This document shows, in pieces, positions 1 through 9,544 of a stretch of DNA of 64,000 nucleotides. Every line of letters starts with the position of its first letter. Position 1 is the stretch's first letter. Below the pieces are notes generated by a model that worked only from the letters and a program-made list of their open reading frames with translations, had not been told where the DNA came from and searched no databases. The position numbers were made by a program, and so were the translations under genes. The stretch comes from Planctomycetota bacterium. Its GTDB lineage: Bacteria > Planctomycetota > MHYJ01 > WSZJ01. Where the stretch lies: NCBI GenBank assembly GCA_038060895.1, contig JBBTCT010000007.1, positions 196,023-260,022 on the forward strand, written 5' to 3'.

Positions 1-1920
1 AATCGCCCCGCGCGGCCGCGCCGGCCAGAGCGCCAGCGCGCTCCCCGCGTGCCGCCGCGGCATCGCCGCTTCACGGTCCCATAGCGCATCCGCCCCCGTT
101 GCCCCCCGCAACGGCGCCTGCACAGCGGGACTCGGCAGGTCGATCACGATCGCAGCCCCCGCCGCCCGCAGGTCGCCCTCGTTCGACGGCCGCAGGTAGT
201 GCCACACCTTCGTGTCGTCCGGCGGCTCCGGCTCGACGAAGCACAGCGTCCGGTCGGGCGTCTCTTCGGGCACGAGAACCAGCGGACGCATCTGCGGAAG
301 CGTGTGCGACGGCAGGACCAGGGCCGGAGATTCCGCGCGGACTTCCATTACGAGCGCTTCGTCGGGGATCTCGATGAAGAGCTGCCCGGCGCCGGTGATC
401 GTCCACGGCTCGCGCGGCTCTTCGGGCGGCAGCTCCTTCCCGCCCGGCGCCGCCGGCGGAAGACCTTCGAGCCGCGCGCTCCATCCTTCGGGCACGCGTT
501 CGAGATCCGACGGGGTCAGCGGGATTTCGATGCGTTCGTCCGCGATCGCCAACCGTCCTGCCCCCACGATCCGGTAGCGCAAGGTCACGCTCGCAGGCGG
601 CGGTTCGCCCACGCGAGACATCCCCCGCACCCGCAACTTCACCGTCGCCCCGGCTGCGGCGGCGCCTGCAGACCAGTCGAAGCGCAGCACGTCAGATCCC
701 GTCGCCCCCGCAGGTCCTTCCGTCGGCGCCGTGCCGAGCCGTCCCGCAACCCCGAATCCTGCGCCGGCCGCGCGAAGCGGTGCGACCTGGTCGAGCGGCC
801 CGATCAGCCACGCGACCGCTGCGCCCGAGGCGGGCGCCACCCAGAGTTCGGGCGTCCCGTCCCCCGGAATGAAGGCCATCCGCACTTCGGCCTGGCCACC
901 GGCGGTCTTGCGCACCACGAGAGTCACCGGCGGCTCGAGTTTCTCGCGCCACACGGACTTCCCCGCCACCAGCCGCACGCGCGCCGATTCCGGCAGCCGC
1001 CCCGGCACGCGCTTTTCGATCTCCACGTCTCCCGGCCCGCACGTGTCCACCCGCAGCTCGTATTCGCCGGCGTGGTCCACGACGAACGCCAGCGGTTTCG
1101 ATGGCCCCAGCCGCAGCCCTGGCGTCCGCTCCGGTCCTTCTTCGTCCCCCTCCACCGGCGCGTCCACGTCCCCGGGCTGCACGTCGCGCCGGAACAGTTT
1201 CACGTCCTTCAGGTCCTTCCCGCTCTCGGCCGCGGCCGCAACCGTCACCCACTTCCACCCGGTCAACCGGTCGATGACTTCCTGGGGAGCGATCGTGCTG
1301 GGAAGCGCGGTGCGGGCCTCGAGCCGGTTCTCACGAGCTTCCAGCAATGCCGATTCCTGGTGGCGTGCGCCGGGCTGGAGCAGGGTCCGGGTATAGAAGC
1401 GTACGAACGTGGGGAGGGATTTCGGCTCGACGAGGGTGAACGCGAGCCGGACGGTGTCCGGCGGGAAGTCCTCGCGGCGGAGCGTCAGGTTGCGCGGCCC
1501 TGCGAGGGTGAGTCCGCCCGGCATCAGGTAGCGCTCCATCGAATCGGCGCCGACCGGCACGACCTTTTCCGAAATCGGACGGCGCCATCCTGAGATCGCC
1601 AGGATTTTCCCATGCTTGTCGAACCACTCGAGCTTCAGCTGCACGTCGGTGCGCGGCTCGATGTTCTGGACGACGAGGGAGGCGATCAGCCTGTCGGAAA
1701 CATCGTCTACCGAAATGAAGAGCCGGTCGCCGGCGGCCATTTCATAGAAGAGACGGCGGCCGAGGAGCTCGGCTTCCTGCTTGGCGACGGCCTTTTCGCG
1801 GATGTAGAGCTGAATCACGGCGGCGGAGCCGCCCGTGAAAATGGCCATGGCCAGGGCGGCGAAGCCCATGCCCCTCAGGGACAACTTCCGGCGGACGACG
1901 GGGCGGGCGTCGAATCTCAT
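1..1920 (-). CDS. Large hypothetical protein with N-terminal membrane anchor (3' end beyond left edge of window)
   Basis: Own translation from ATG 1918-1920 (overlaps stop of upstream gene): MRFDARPVVRRKLSLRGMGFAALAMAIFTGGSAAVIQLY..., no stop seen to position 1. Absent from ORF track because the stop is outside the window. Confidence 0.75.
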   Translation of the reverse strand, partial: MRFDARPVVRRKLSLRGMGFAALAMAIFTGGSAAVIQLYIREKAVAKQEAELLGRRLFYEMAAGDRLFISVDDVSDRLIASLVVQNIEPRTDVQLKLEWFDKHGKILAISGWRRPISEKVVPVGADSMERYLMPGGLTLAGPRNLTLRREDFPPDTVRLAFTLVEPKSLPTFVRFYTRTLLQPGARHQESALLEARENRLEARTALPSTIAPQEVIDRLTGWKWVTVAAAAESGKDLKDVKLFRRDVQPGDVDAPVEGDEEGPERTPGLRLGPSKPLAFVVDHAGEYELRVDTCGPGDVEIEKRVPGRLPESARVRLVAGKSVWREKLEPPVTLVVRKTAGGQAEVRMAFIPGDGTPELWVAPASGAAVAWLIGPLDQVAPLRAAGAGFGVAGRLGTAPTEGPAGATGSDVLRFDWSAGAAAAGATVKLRVRGMSRVGEPPPASVTLRYRIVGAGRLAIADERIEIPLTPSDLERVPEGWSARLEGLPPAAPGGKELPPEEPREPWTITGAGQLFIEIPDEALVMEVRAESPALVLPSHTLPQMRPLVLVPEETPDRTLCFVEPEPPDDTKVWHYLRPSNEGDLRAAGAAIVIDLPSPAVQAPLRGATGADALWDREAAMPRRHAGSALALWPARPRGAI

Positions 1921-4900
1921 TTCCGCCTCCCGACCAGGAAGAACCGCCTCAGCCTCAGCAGCTCGTCGATCGTCTCAGCCCTCCCCGACGCCCCGAGCTC
2001 CTGCCCGCGCACCACCGTCGCCGACAGGTTCACGATCGCCGCCTCGGACCCGTCCGGCGACGCGAACGCGATGATCGGCGCTTCCGCGTTCGCGTCCACG
2101 ATCAGCAGGTCCCGCCACCCGGCTTGACGCGCTGCGTCAATCCCGGCGGCGAGCTCCGCCAGATTCCCGGAACGCGCGTAGGAAGCCACGCCTTCCAGCG
2201 CGGCCTGGAGCGTTTCCGGCATGTCCGGAACCGGCTCCAGCTTCGATTCGCGCCACCAGGTGACCACCGACGTGCCGCCGTCGGCGCTTCCCAGCTGCCT
2301 CAACGCCGCGATCGCGGCCGGGTCGTCCTTGGGACCGCGCAGGGCGCGGCGGACGTCCGGGTCGGCCCAGAGGCCGGAGATGCCTTCGTACCGGAGGAAG
2401 CGCCGGTAGCGGGACTGGAGGGGAGCGCCGATGTCGTAGCCGCCGGCCTCGTCGGGAGCCTGGACGCGGATCGCCCAGCCGAGAGTGGAGAAGATGCGAA
2501 GCCACGGTGACGTAGCCGCGGCCGCGGATTCCCTCGTCGGAAGAATGACATCCGGCGGCACCAGCACGCCGTCGTTCCCGTCCTCCGGCATGCTGCGGCC
2601 GCGGACCTGCAGGACGTCCGGCGGATCCGTCCCTGCGACGCTCGCGCGCTCGACGAGGACCTGGTGGGCGATATGAAAGAGACTCATCCGGTCCAGCTGT
2701 TTGGCGACGTCCGGCGAGAGGATTCCGGAGTCGGAGGCGCCGAGCCCAGCGATCGTCAGGGCGCGGCACTTCCCGCCCAGGTAGACCTGAGTCCCGAGCC
2801 TGTGAGAGTTCGGGTACTTGCGCGGGCTCGGCACTTCGACGTGCAGTTCCTTCCAGTCTCCGAGGCCGAGGACAACGGCGCCGTCGAGCTCCAGGTCGCC
2901 CGCGCGGTTGCGCAGGACGAGAAAGCGCCGGTCGCCGCCGGGCTCGACGATGTAGTCCATCTCGAGGCCGAGCACGCGCGCGAGAAAATTCACGGGGGAC
3001 AGTTCGGTGGGCCCGATCGGGTGCGTCCGGGAGGCTTCCTGTGCCGCGACGAGGAGGCGCGCGAGTCCCGCCTTGAGGACGATGAGCCGCGCCTTCGTCC
3101 ACTGCGTTGGCGACACGGTGAGCCCGGGCTTGCGCGCCTGCATCCCGTCCATGTAGGGCCCGAGGTAGCGCTCCAGCGGCGCCATCGCTTCCCCGACCTG
3201 GGCTGTGTCGGGCACGAGTGCGACGAGGAGGTTGGAAGCGGCGGTGAGGTCGAGACGCAGGCGTTCGTATCCGCCCCGGGCGTGGGCCGCGATCCACCGG
3301 TGCCGTGGCGCTTCGATCCGCGCCGGCGCATGGACGTCGAGCGAAGGGACGACGCGGCGGAGGTCGGCGACGGAGAGGGTGTCGTCCGGAAGCGACCCGT
3401 GGACGTCCAGCGAGGCGATGCCGGGGGGACTTCCCTCGATCTCGATGGCGGGTCGCAGCGGCATGGAGCGGAGCGCCCAGGCGGTGAGGGAGTCGAAGCG
3501 CGGCGTGGCGGCAAGCTCTTCGGCGCGGGACCAGTTGTTGAGGACGATGACGGAGGGCTGGAGGGACTTGGAGAGGGCGGAGACGGCGAGGAAGGTGGGG
3601 AGAGGTTCGCCGCCGGGGGCGGTGAGGAGCATGGTGCGCGTGCCTGTGGTGGTGAGGCGGATGAAGACAGTTTCGAGGTCGGAGTCTTCGGGGGACTTGG
3701 GACCGATGAGGGCGTAGGGGGTGGCGCCGGCGGGGGTGATGAAACGAACGGAGGCGTCGGCGCCGGACAGTTCTGCGGCGGCGGCGCGGGCGCATTCCTC
3801 GGGGGGGGAGCCGCGGCGGAGTTCGTCGAGGACGCGGTCGGCCGCCTGGGCCATGCGGCGGCGCGTGACGACGGCCTGCTCGATCTGCTGGATGTCTCCG
3901 AGGCCGGGAGAGAGGCGCTCCAGGACGGCGAACTCGATGGGGATGTCCTCCGCCACGGGGATGGCGCCCTGCCCGCCACCGAACGTCCGGGTCTCGATCC
4001 AGCGCGAAGCGGAAGCGAGAGTGAAGGAGACGACGGTGCCGAGGAGAAACGTGGCGGCGGAGACGTAGAGCGTGGGCCAGAGGGTCGTGCGCGAGGACTT
4101 GTTCCAGAGCTTGATGGCCAGAAGGGACGACAGGATGTAACCGAAGCCGAGAAAGTCGGTGGCGTTCCACTGGGGGACGGCCAGGTAGAGAATCCAGCCG
4201 ATCACGATCTTGAGAAACACGCAGACGGCGAAGCAGAACGTGACGAGCCGCGGTCCGGCCCAGGTGATGCGGTTGAGTCCGGGAAGCCTCACCAGGTGGC
4301 GGCCGACCCAGACGACCAGGAGAACTTCCGCGAGCGTGCCGAGAAGCCGCGTGGGCTGGAGGAGGGAGATTGCGATCAGGGGAGGAAGAAGAATGCCGCC
4401 GAAATCCCACCCTTCGAGCAGGTTCATGCGCGCGGCCAGGAGGCAGCCGCAGATGATCATGATCTGGAGCTTCGCCGACTGCGCGAAGTCGATCGAGCTG
4501 TCCTCGTAAACGGCGCCCAGCTGGGCCAGGTTGTAGTTCGTGAGCGGCACGAGCACGCCATAGATCACGGCCAGCACGCCCAGCGTGCAGCCGCCGATCT
4601 GCATCAGCCCTTTCACCATTCCCGGCTTCCACATCAGATTCGAAGCGAGCGGCACGACGACGAGCCCGATCGCGCCGAAGTCGCGGATGCGCGCGAGCAC
4701 GTCCGTCCGGCCCGGGAAAAAGATCCGCGCCGCCTGCGGCAGCAGGAATTCCTCCACGGCAAGGCGCACCACGAGCGCGACCAGCACGACCATGAAAAAT
4801 CGTTCTCGGCCGAATAGCGGTGTGTGCGTCCGGAACTTCCACGCGCTGTTCGAGATGACCTTGACGATGACGGTCGTGATCACGGCTTCGCCCACGATCG

Positions 4901-5072
4901 TGAGCGCGGACATCGGGTAGATGACGAAGATCGGCGCGAGGTAGCCAGGGACGACCAGGCCGGAGAAGACCCAGCCGTAGCGCTCGAACAGGAGGGTGGT
5001 GATGAAGACTCCGACGCAGACGGAGATGACGAGGGAGTGCTGGAGACCGTTGGGGGAGAAGAGAGGGATCAT
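1917..5072 (-). CDS. Tandem CapC/PgsC-like membrane domains fused to a large extracytoplasmic region (1051 aa)
   Basis: N-terminus VGVFITTLLFERYGWVFSGLVVPGYLA...LFGRERF...IGLVVVPLASN matches the CapC/PgsC pattern. Second copy GWDFGGILLPPLIA...AGPRL...GFGYILSSLLA. About 690 aa of soluble C-terminus. Confidence 0.75.
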   Translation of the reverse strand: MIPLFSPNGLQHSLVISVCVGVFITTLLFERYGWVFSGLVVPGYLAPIFVIYPMSALTIVGEAVITTVIVKVISNSAWKFRTHTPLFGRERFFMVVLVALVVRLAVEEFLLPQAARIFFPGRTDVLARIRDFGAIGLVVVPLASNLMWKPGMVKGLMQIGGCTLGVLAVIYGVLVPLTNYNLAQLGAVYEDSSIDFAQSAKLQIMIICGCLLAARMNLLEGWDFGGILLPPLIAISLLQPTRLLGTLAEVLLVVWVGRHLVRLPGLNRITWAGPRLVTFCFAVCVFLKIVIGWILYLAVPQWNATDFLGFGYILSSLLAIKLWNKSSRTTLWPTLYVSAATFLLGTVVSFTLASASRWIETRTFGGGQGAIPVAEDIPIEFAVLERLSPGLGDIQQIEQAVVTRRRMAQAADRVLDELRRGSPPEECARAAAAELSGADASVRFITPAGATPYALIGPKSPEDSDLETVFIRLTTTGTRTMLLTAPGGEPLPTFLAVSALSKSLQPSVIVLNNWSRAEELAATPRFDSLTAWALRSMPLRPAIEIEGSPPGIASLDVHGSLPDDTLSVADLRRVVPSLDVHAPARIEAPRHRWIAAHARGGYERLRLDLTAASNLLVALVPDTAQVGEAMAPLERYLGPYMDGMQARKPGLTVSPTQWTKARLIVLKAGLARLLVAAQEASRTHPIGPTELSPVNFLARVLGLEMDYIVEPGGDRRFLVLRNRAGDLELDGAVVLGLGDWKELHVEVPSPRKYPNSHRLGTQVYLGGKCRALTIAGLGASDSGILSPDVAKQLDRMSLFHIAHQVLVERASVAGTDPPDVLQVRGRSMPEDGNDGVLVPPDVILPTRESAAAATSPWLRIFSTLGWAIRVQAPDEAGGYDIGAPLQSRYRRFLRYEGISGLWADPDVRRALRGPKDDPAAIAALRQLGSADGGTSVVTWWRESKLEPVPDMPETLQAALEGVASYARSGNLAELAAGIDAARQAGWRDLLIVDANAEAPIIAFASPDGSEAAIVNLSATVVRGQELGASGRAETIDELLRLRRFFLVGRRK

Positions 5073-5094
5073 TGGGGTGCGAAAGGAGGAAGGG

Positions 5095-5213
5095 CAATGT
5101 CGAAATTATTAATATCGAATATCTAATATCCAATATCCAATTGAAGGACACGGCTGTCGTTTCCGTGCCTTTCATTGGATATCAGATATTCGATATTAAT
5201 AATTTCGATATTG
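5095..5213. repeat. AT-rich long inverted repeat built from AATATC(C/G/T) heptamers
   Basis: Arms 5095-5134 and 5174-5213 are reverse complements at 38/40 positions; imperfect inner stem tgaaggacacgg/ccgtgcctttca. Confidence 0.9.
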
Positions 5214-5240
5214 ATCCGTTCCCCTCGCCCTCCTTTCTCC

Positions 5241-7979
5241 CTAAGGCAGTTGTCCCGGCACCGGCGCCGGCATCCCGCTCCCGCCCGCATCCGACTCCCG
5301 CGCCCCTTCCGGCGCCCCGCTCGAGTCCTCCAGCCGGTTCGAGACCTTCGCGAACGCCATCCGCACCGACGTCCCCACCGCCTCGTCGAACTCCGTCGTC
5401 ATCTGCCCCCCCGCCGCCTCCACGATCTTCTGAAGCCCGTCCGCCGCGGCGTACTTCATCGTCGTCCCGGTCGGAAGCGTGTTCCGCATCCGCGAGATCG
5501 CGACCATCGGCGACCACCCCGGGTCGTTGATCTTCACCGAAATCTCCGCCCCTTCGTCCAGCGCCCCGATCGTCACCGTCGAACCCCGCGGGCTCGACGA
5601 CAGCGCCTGCTCGATGACCTGCATCAGCGCCTGCCGCAACGCGTTCGGTCGCGCCGTGCAGAACGGAACCACGGTCTGCCCGTCGTACGCAAAAATGATC
5701 CCGAGCTGCTCCGCCATTCCCGCGGCGGCCGCCATCGCCCGTTTCGCCTCCGACACCAGGTCCGTCGGCGTCAGTTCGTCGGCGATCTTGTCCGCGCTGA
5801 TCCCCGCCAGCATCGCCATCCGCCGGAAACGGTCCGAAATCCCCATCGCCTGGCTCCGAATCATCTCCAGGTCCGGCTTCACCGACTCGTCGTTCGTCAC
5901 GTCCGCCACTTCCTCCGCCGACTGCGCGATCACCGTCACCGCGTTGCGCACGTCATGCACGAAATGTTCCAGCAGCTCGCTCTTCAGCCTCTCCGCCTCG
6001 TACAGGTCGCTCACCTCCGTCACCACCAGCGCGACCACGTCCGAGACCCCCTTCGCTCCCCCGCCCTTCTCGTCCCCTCCTCCCAGGTCCAGCTTGATCA
6101 GGTTCGACATGTAATGCCGCACCGGGTGCCGCTGCACGCTCGCATACAGCGTCCACCTCGCTTCGCTCCGGATCGTCTGCGCAATCCCGTGCCAGACCTG
6201 CGCGTCGTTCTGGTTCGAGATCGTCCGCAGGAATGCGATCAGCGGGTCGTCGAAGTCCACGGCAAGCTCCTCAGCCATCTTCTGGAAGCGCTTGTTGTAG
6301 ACCAGCGGCCGGCCGACGAGGTCGCAGACGAGAACACCCTCGGTCAGGCGGTCCAGGAAGCCGAGCAGGAACGTTCGCTCGATCTCGGTCTGGTCCACGG
6401 TCTTGCGGAGCACCGCCAGCTGGCTCTCCGGGTTCACGATCCCCTCGACCGTCGGGACTTCAGCCTGTGCGGCGGCCGGACCAAGACTGCCTAGCGGAAC
6501 GATGGCGCGCCCGACGAACGCCCGGTTCTCCTGCCACCATCCCTGCGGGTCCCCCTTGGGCACCATCACCAGCCACGTGGACCGCCCGGCACGCTTCGCG
6601 ATGTTCTCAACCACGACGGGAGGGCCGACGTCGGGAGGGCGATAGAAGAGCGGCCGGTCGCTCGACGCGAGCGCGGCGGCGACCACGCCCTTGGCACCCG
6701 CGGGAAACCAGTCCCACAGGTCCGTGCGGTCCTCGCGCGTCGAAAGCGCCGTGAGCGGGCGCGCCGGGTCGTCGCTGACAACCGCGGTCGCTTCGAGGTC
6801 GAGAAGAGCCCGGAAGGCCGCGACGTCGCGTTCGTCCGACGCCGGACGCGTCAGGATTGGATTCAGGACGCGGCTGCGGCCGAGCCGGACGAGGAGTTCT
6901 GCCATCCCGCGGCGGAGGAGGCGGTGGCGCTCGGCGAGCCCGAACAGGTACCCCGCGAGAAGCGTCGGCACGACCGGGACCATCGGCACGAACCACAGCG
7001 GCTGCACCCGCAGAAACCAGAGTCCCGCGAGCGCAGCGGCGGCGACGACGACCAGCGCCACCAGCCCTCGCACGGGCGACATCGTCGAAGCACCGAACCA
7101 CGCCAGCAGGAACCCGACCGCGGCGAGCGCTCCCGCGAGCCATCCAGGCGACTCGCTCGACCACCGCCCCCGCTTCAATCCGTCTGCGACCTGCGCCACC
7201 GCCCGCTCCTCCGGCAACAACTCCCCTTCGCCGGACCAGACGTCGCGCGTCGAGTCTTCCGGCGCCGCGACCCAGATGCCGCCGCGCCACGACGGAAGCG
7301 AGAGGTCGCGGTCGAGGATTCGCCAGAGCGAGATGCGCTGCTCGTCGCCGACGCGCCCGGTCAGCCAGTGCCGCACGCTGCCCGCGCCCGACAGTTCGCT
7401 CGGCGCCAGCTTCCCGAGCAGGGTCGCGCGGCCTTCGCCGTCCGTGAGCGCGGAACGGCGCCACGTGCCATCCGCGTCCGGCCGCAGGTCGAGCAGCCCC
7501 TCTTCGTACGTCTCCGAAGCAGGCCGTCCCTGCGCCGGGAAGAACGGCAGGATGGTTGCCGGCGCTTCGCGGAACGGGTCCGGGCGGCGCCGCGACGGCA
7601 CGATGACGCGCACGCCTCCGCTGCCGCCTTCCCGCAGCGTCGCAGCCAGAGGACCTCGCGCGCGATCGTCCAGCACCACGACAGCCGCGACGGCCTCTTC
7701 ACGAGCCCGGTCCAGAATCGCCCGCCAGGTCGCGGGGTCGGTTGCGTCATGGCCCTTCGTGGCCGAAGCGCCATCCACGAACACGACCCAGGTCCTGACA
7801 GTGGGCTCGTTCGACTGCGACGCGCGCCAGATCCGGTCGCCGAGGGGCTCTTCGAGGAATGCCAGCCACCCCATCCCCCACGCGATGCCCATTGAGACCC
7901 CCCAGATCGTCGCGAGCGTCGCGGCCTGCGAAGTCGGAAGGAAGCGCAGGATTCGGACGGCGGCGCGGAGGAAGCGCAT
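5241..7979 (-). CDS. CHASE2-like membrane sensor with PAS-like, HisKA and degenerate HATPase domains
   Basis: N-terminal TM, CHASE2-like DADGTWRR followed by three TMs, PAS-like LDRLTEGVLVCDLVGRPLVYN, H-box HDVRNAV; N and G boxes degenerate. Confidence 0.75.
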   Translation of the reverse strand: MRFLRAAVRILRFLPTSQAATLATIWGVSMGIAWGMGWLAFLEEPLGDRIWRASQSNEPTVRTWVVFVDGASATKGHDATDPATWRAILDRAREEAVAAVVVLDDRARGPLAATLREGGSGGVRVIVPSRRRPDPFREAPATILPFFPAQGRPASETYEEGLLDLRPDADGTWRRSALTDGEGRATLLGKLAPSELSGAGSVRHWLTGRVGDEQRISLWRILDRDLSLPSWRGGIWVAAPEDSTRDVWSGEGELLPEERAVAQVADGLKRGRWSSESPGWLAGALAAVGFLLAWFGASTMSPVRGLVALVVVAAAALAGLWFLRVQPLWFVPMVPVVPTLLAGYLFGLAERHRLLRRGMAELLVRLGRSRVLNPILTRPASDERDVAAFRALLDLEATAVVSDDPARPLTALSTREDRTDLWDWFPAGAKGVVAAALASSDRPLFYRPPDVGPPVVVENIAKRAGRSTWLVMVPKGDPQGWWQENRAFVGRAIVPLGSLGPAAAQAEVPTVEGIVNPESQLAVLRKTVDQTEIERTFLLGFLDRLTEGVLVCDLVGRPLVYNKRFQKMAEELAVDFDDPLIAFLRTISNQNDAQVWHGIAQTIRSEARWTLYASVQRHPVRHYMSNLIKLDLGGGDEKGGGAKGVSDVVALVVTEVSDLYEAERLKSELLEHFVHDVRNAVTVIAQSAEEVADVTNDESVKPDLEMIRSQAMGISDRFRRMAMLAGISADKIADELTPTDLVSEAKRAMAAAAGMAEQLGIIFAYDGQTVVPFCTARPNALRQALMQVIEQALSSSPRGSTVTIGALDEGAEISVKINDPGWSPMVAISRMRNTLPTGTTMKYAAADGLQKIVEAAGGQMTTEFDEAVGTSVRMAFAKVSNRLEDSSGAPEGARESDAGGSGMPAPVPGQLP

Positions 7980-7982
7980 GGG

Positions 7983-8444
7983 TTACCCGGCGCCCCCGGG
8001 GCGTCCGAAGACATCGCTCGAGTCGGATCGTTCAGGGGGAGGGATCGTCGATGAGCCGAGGACGGATTCCATCGTGAGAACGAGTTCCTTGATTCCGAAG
8101 GGCTTGACGAGGAAAGCGGCGGCGCCGAGGGAGAAGGCCATTTCCTTGTCCTTCTGGCTGTCCCGCGCCGAGCCGATGATGACGGGGATCGAAGCGAGAT
8201 CCTGTGAGGATTTGACCGCGCGGAGAACCTGGAACCCGTCCATGCCGGGCATGAGGAGATCGAGGACGACGACTCTCGGCATGATTCTGCGGATCTTGCG
8301 CAAGGCATCGAAGGGGTCGCCGATCGCCTCCACGGTCCACCCGCGACGCTCGAGGCCCCGCTTGACGACGCCGAGGAGATTGACTTCGTCATCCACGTAG
8401 CAGACGAGGTGTTGGGGCGGCTTATTGACGAGCTCGTCGGGCAA
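7983..8444 (-). CDS. Single-domain CheY-like response regulator
   Basis: YVDDE, VLDLLMPGMDG, GSA and KPF receiver motifs all intact; TTG start uncertain. Confidence 0.9.
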   Translation of the reverse strand: MPDELVNKPPQHLVCYVDDEVNLLGVVKRGLERRGWTVEAIGDPFDALRKIRRIMPRVVVLDLLMPGMDGFQVLRAVKSSQDLASIPVIIGSARDSQKDKEMAFSLGAAAFLVKPFGIKELVLTMESVLGSSTIPPPERSDSSDVFGRPGGAG

Positions 8445-8578
8445 GGAGGAATCTCCGGGGAGGCGACGGAAGGAGCACCCGCCGGGGCGCGCTGGCGCGG
8501 CGCGCTACCGGCGGCGGGTTTCTGGAATGCCGTAACCCGTGGCAGGGATTGTATTTCGCGGCGCTCTGGAATGCCAGC

Positions 8579-8725
8579 TGAGAACGTGAGCAACGGTCGC
8601 CCTGCGGCGCACGACGTCGGCCCATCCGGCGCTCTAGAAAGGCGGAGATGAGGAACAGCGCGTGTCGTGGCGCGCCGGACGGGCCAACGCCGCACGCCTC
8701 CGGGCGACCATTGCTCACGTTCTCA
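8579..8725. repeat. Intergenic inverted repeat, about 54-bp arms (REP/MITE-like)
   Basis: tgagaacgtgagcaacggtcgccc...ccggcgc (8579-8632) pairs with gcgccgg...gggcgaccattgctcacgttctca (8672-8725). Confidence 0.85.
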
Positions 8726-8728
8726 AGC

Positions 8729-9421
8729 CTAGCCGAACGCGGGTCCCACGTTCGGGTCATCTCGCTCGAGCCGCTCGAGTTTGGCGCGAACTTCCCCTTC
8801 ACGCTCGTCGGGCGGCCCCTCGAGGTACGTGTTGTACGCGAGCCGTGCCCCAACCGCGTCGCCCATGGCCACCAGGGCGTCGCCGAGATCGCACCAGGCC
8901 TGCTGGGCGTGCACGCCCCGCGGCCGGACCTCGAGGTATTTCTCCAGCCCGTTTTTCGCCGTCGAGAGGTCGTTTCGCTTCGCCGCCGCCTGCGCCAGGT
9001 CCCACGCGACGTCGGCGTTGTTCGGGTCCATCGACGACGCTTCCGCAAGCTCCTGCTGGGCCGCATCCAGCTGGCCGACGTCAAACAGAGTGATCCCCAG
9101 GTTATGGCGGTAAAGCGCGCTTCCAGGCTCAATCTTCGTCGCCGCACGGTACGCCGTCAGCGCTTCTTCCAGATTGCCCATGGCGCGATGAATGTTCCCC
9201 AGGGCATTGTGGCCCTTCGCGTACCCCCCGTTGATGCCGGTTGCGAGGCGCGCGGCCCCGAGGGCGGACTCGAGGTCCCCGGCCCTTTCGAGGGTCAAGG
9301 CGAGGTAGACGGCAGCCCGGAACTGCTCGGGATTCTCCTCGAGCGCCTTGCGGAAAAGCGCCGCAGCCTCCTTGTCCTGGCGCTTCTTGTACGCGGCGAC
9401 GCCGTCTTCGTAGTTGCTCAC
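8729..9421 (-). CDS. Tetratricopeptide repeat protein
   Basis: Repeated TPR consensus (AKGHNALGNIHRAMGNLEEALTAYRAA; YRHNLGITLFDVGQLDAA). Confidence 0.85.
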   Translation of the reverse strand: MSNYEDGVAAYKKRQDKEAAALFRKALEENPEQFRAAVYLALTLERAGDLESALGAARLATGINGGYAKGHNALGNIHRAMGNLEEALTAYRAATKIEPGSALYRHNLGITLFDVGQLDAAQQELAEASSMDPNNADVAWDLAQAAAKRNDLSTAKNGLEKYLEVRPRGVHAQQAWCDLGDALVAMGDAVGARLAYNTYLEGPPDEREGEVRAKLERLERDDPNVGPAFG

Positions 9422-9544
9422 GCGTGGATCCCGGGAATGGAACTTATTGTTTGTATTTCGTCAGGGGGGTGCCGCGAGGTTGAGAGCATAACGCCCCGGG
9501 GGAAGAAATGGCAATGGCCGTGAGCGCGCCCGCAAGGGCCCGCT

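Noticed and set aside
199-5175. Long alternative ORFs (199-1593 +, 2137-5175 -, 2664-4817 +)
   Set aside because: Arg/Pro/Gly-rich shadow or antisense frames typical of high-GC DNA; they overlap genes with recognisable domains.
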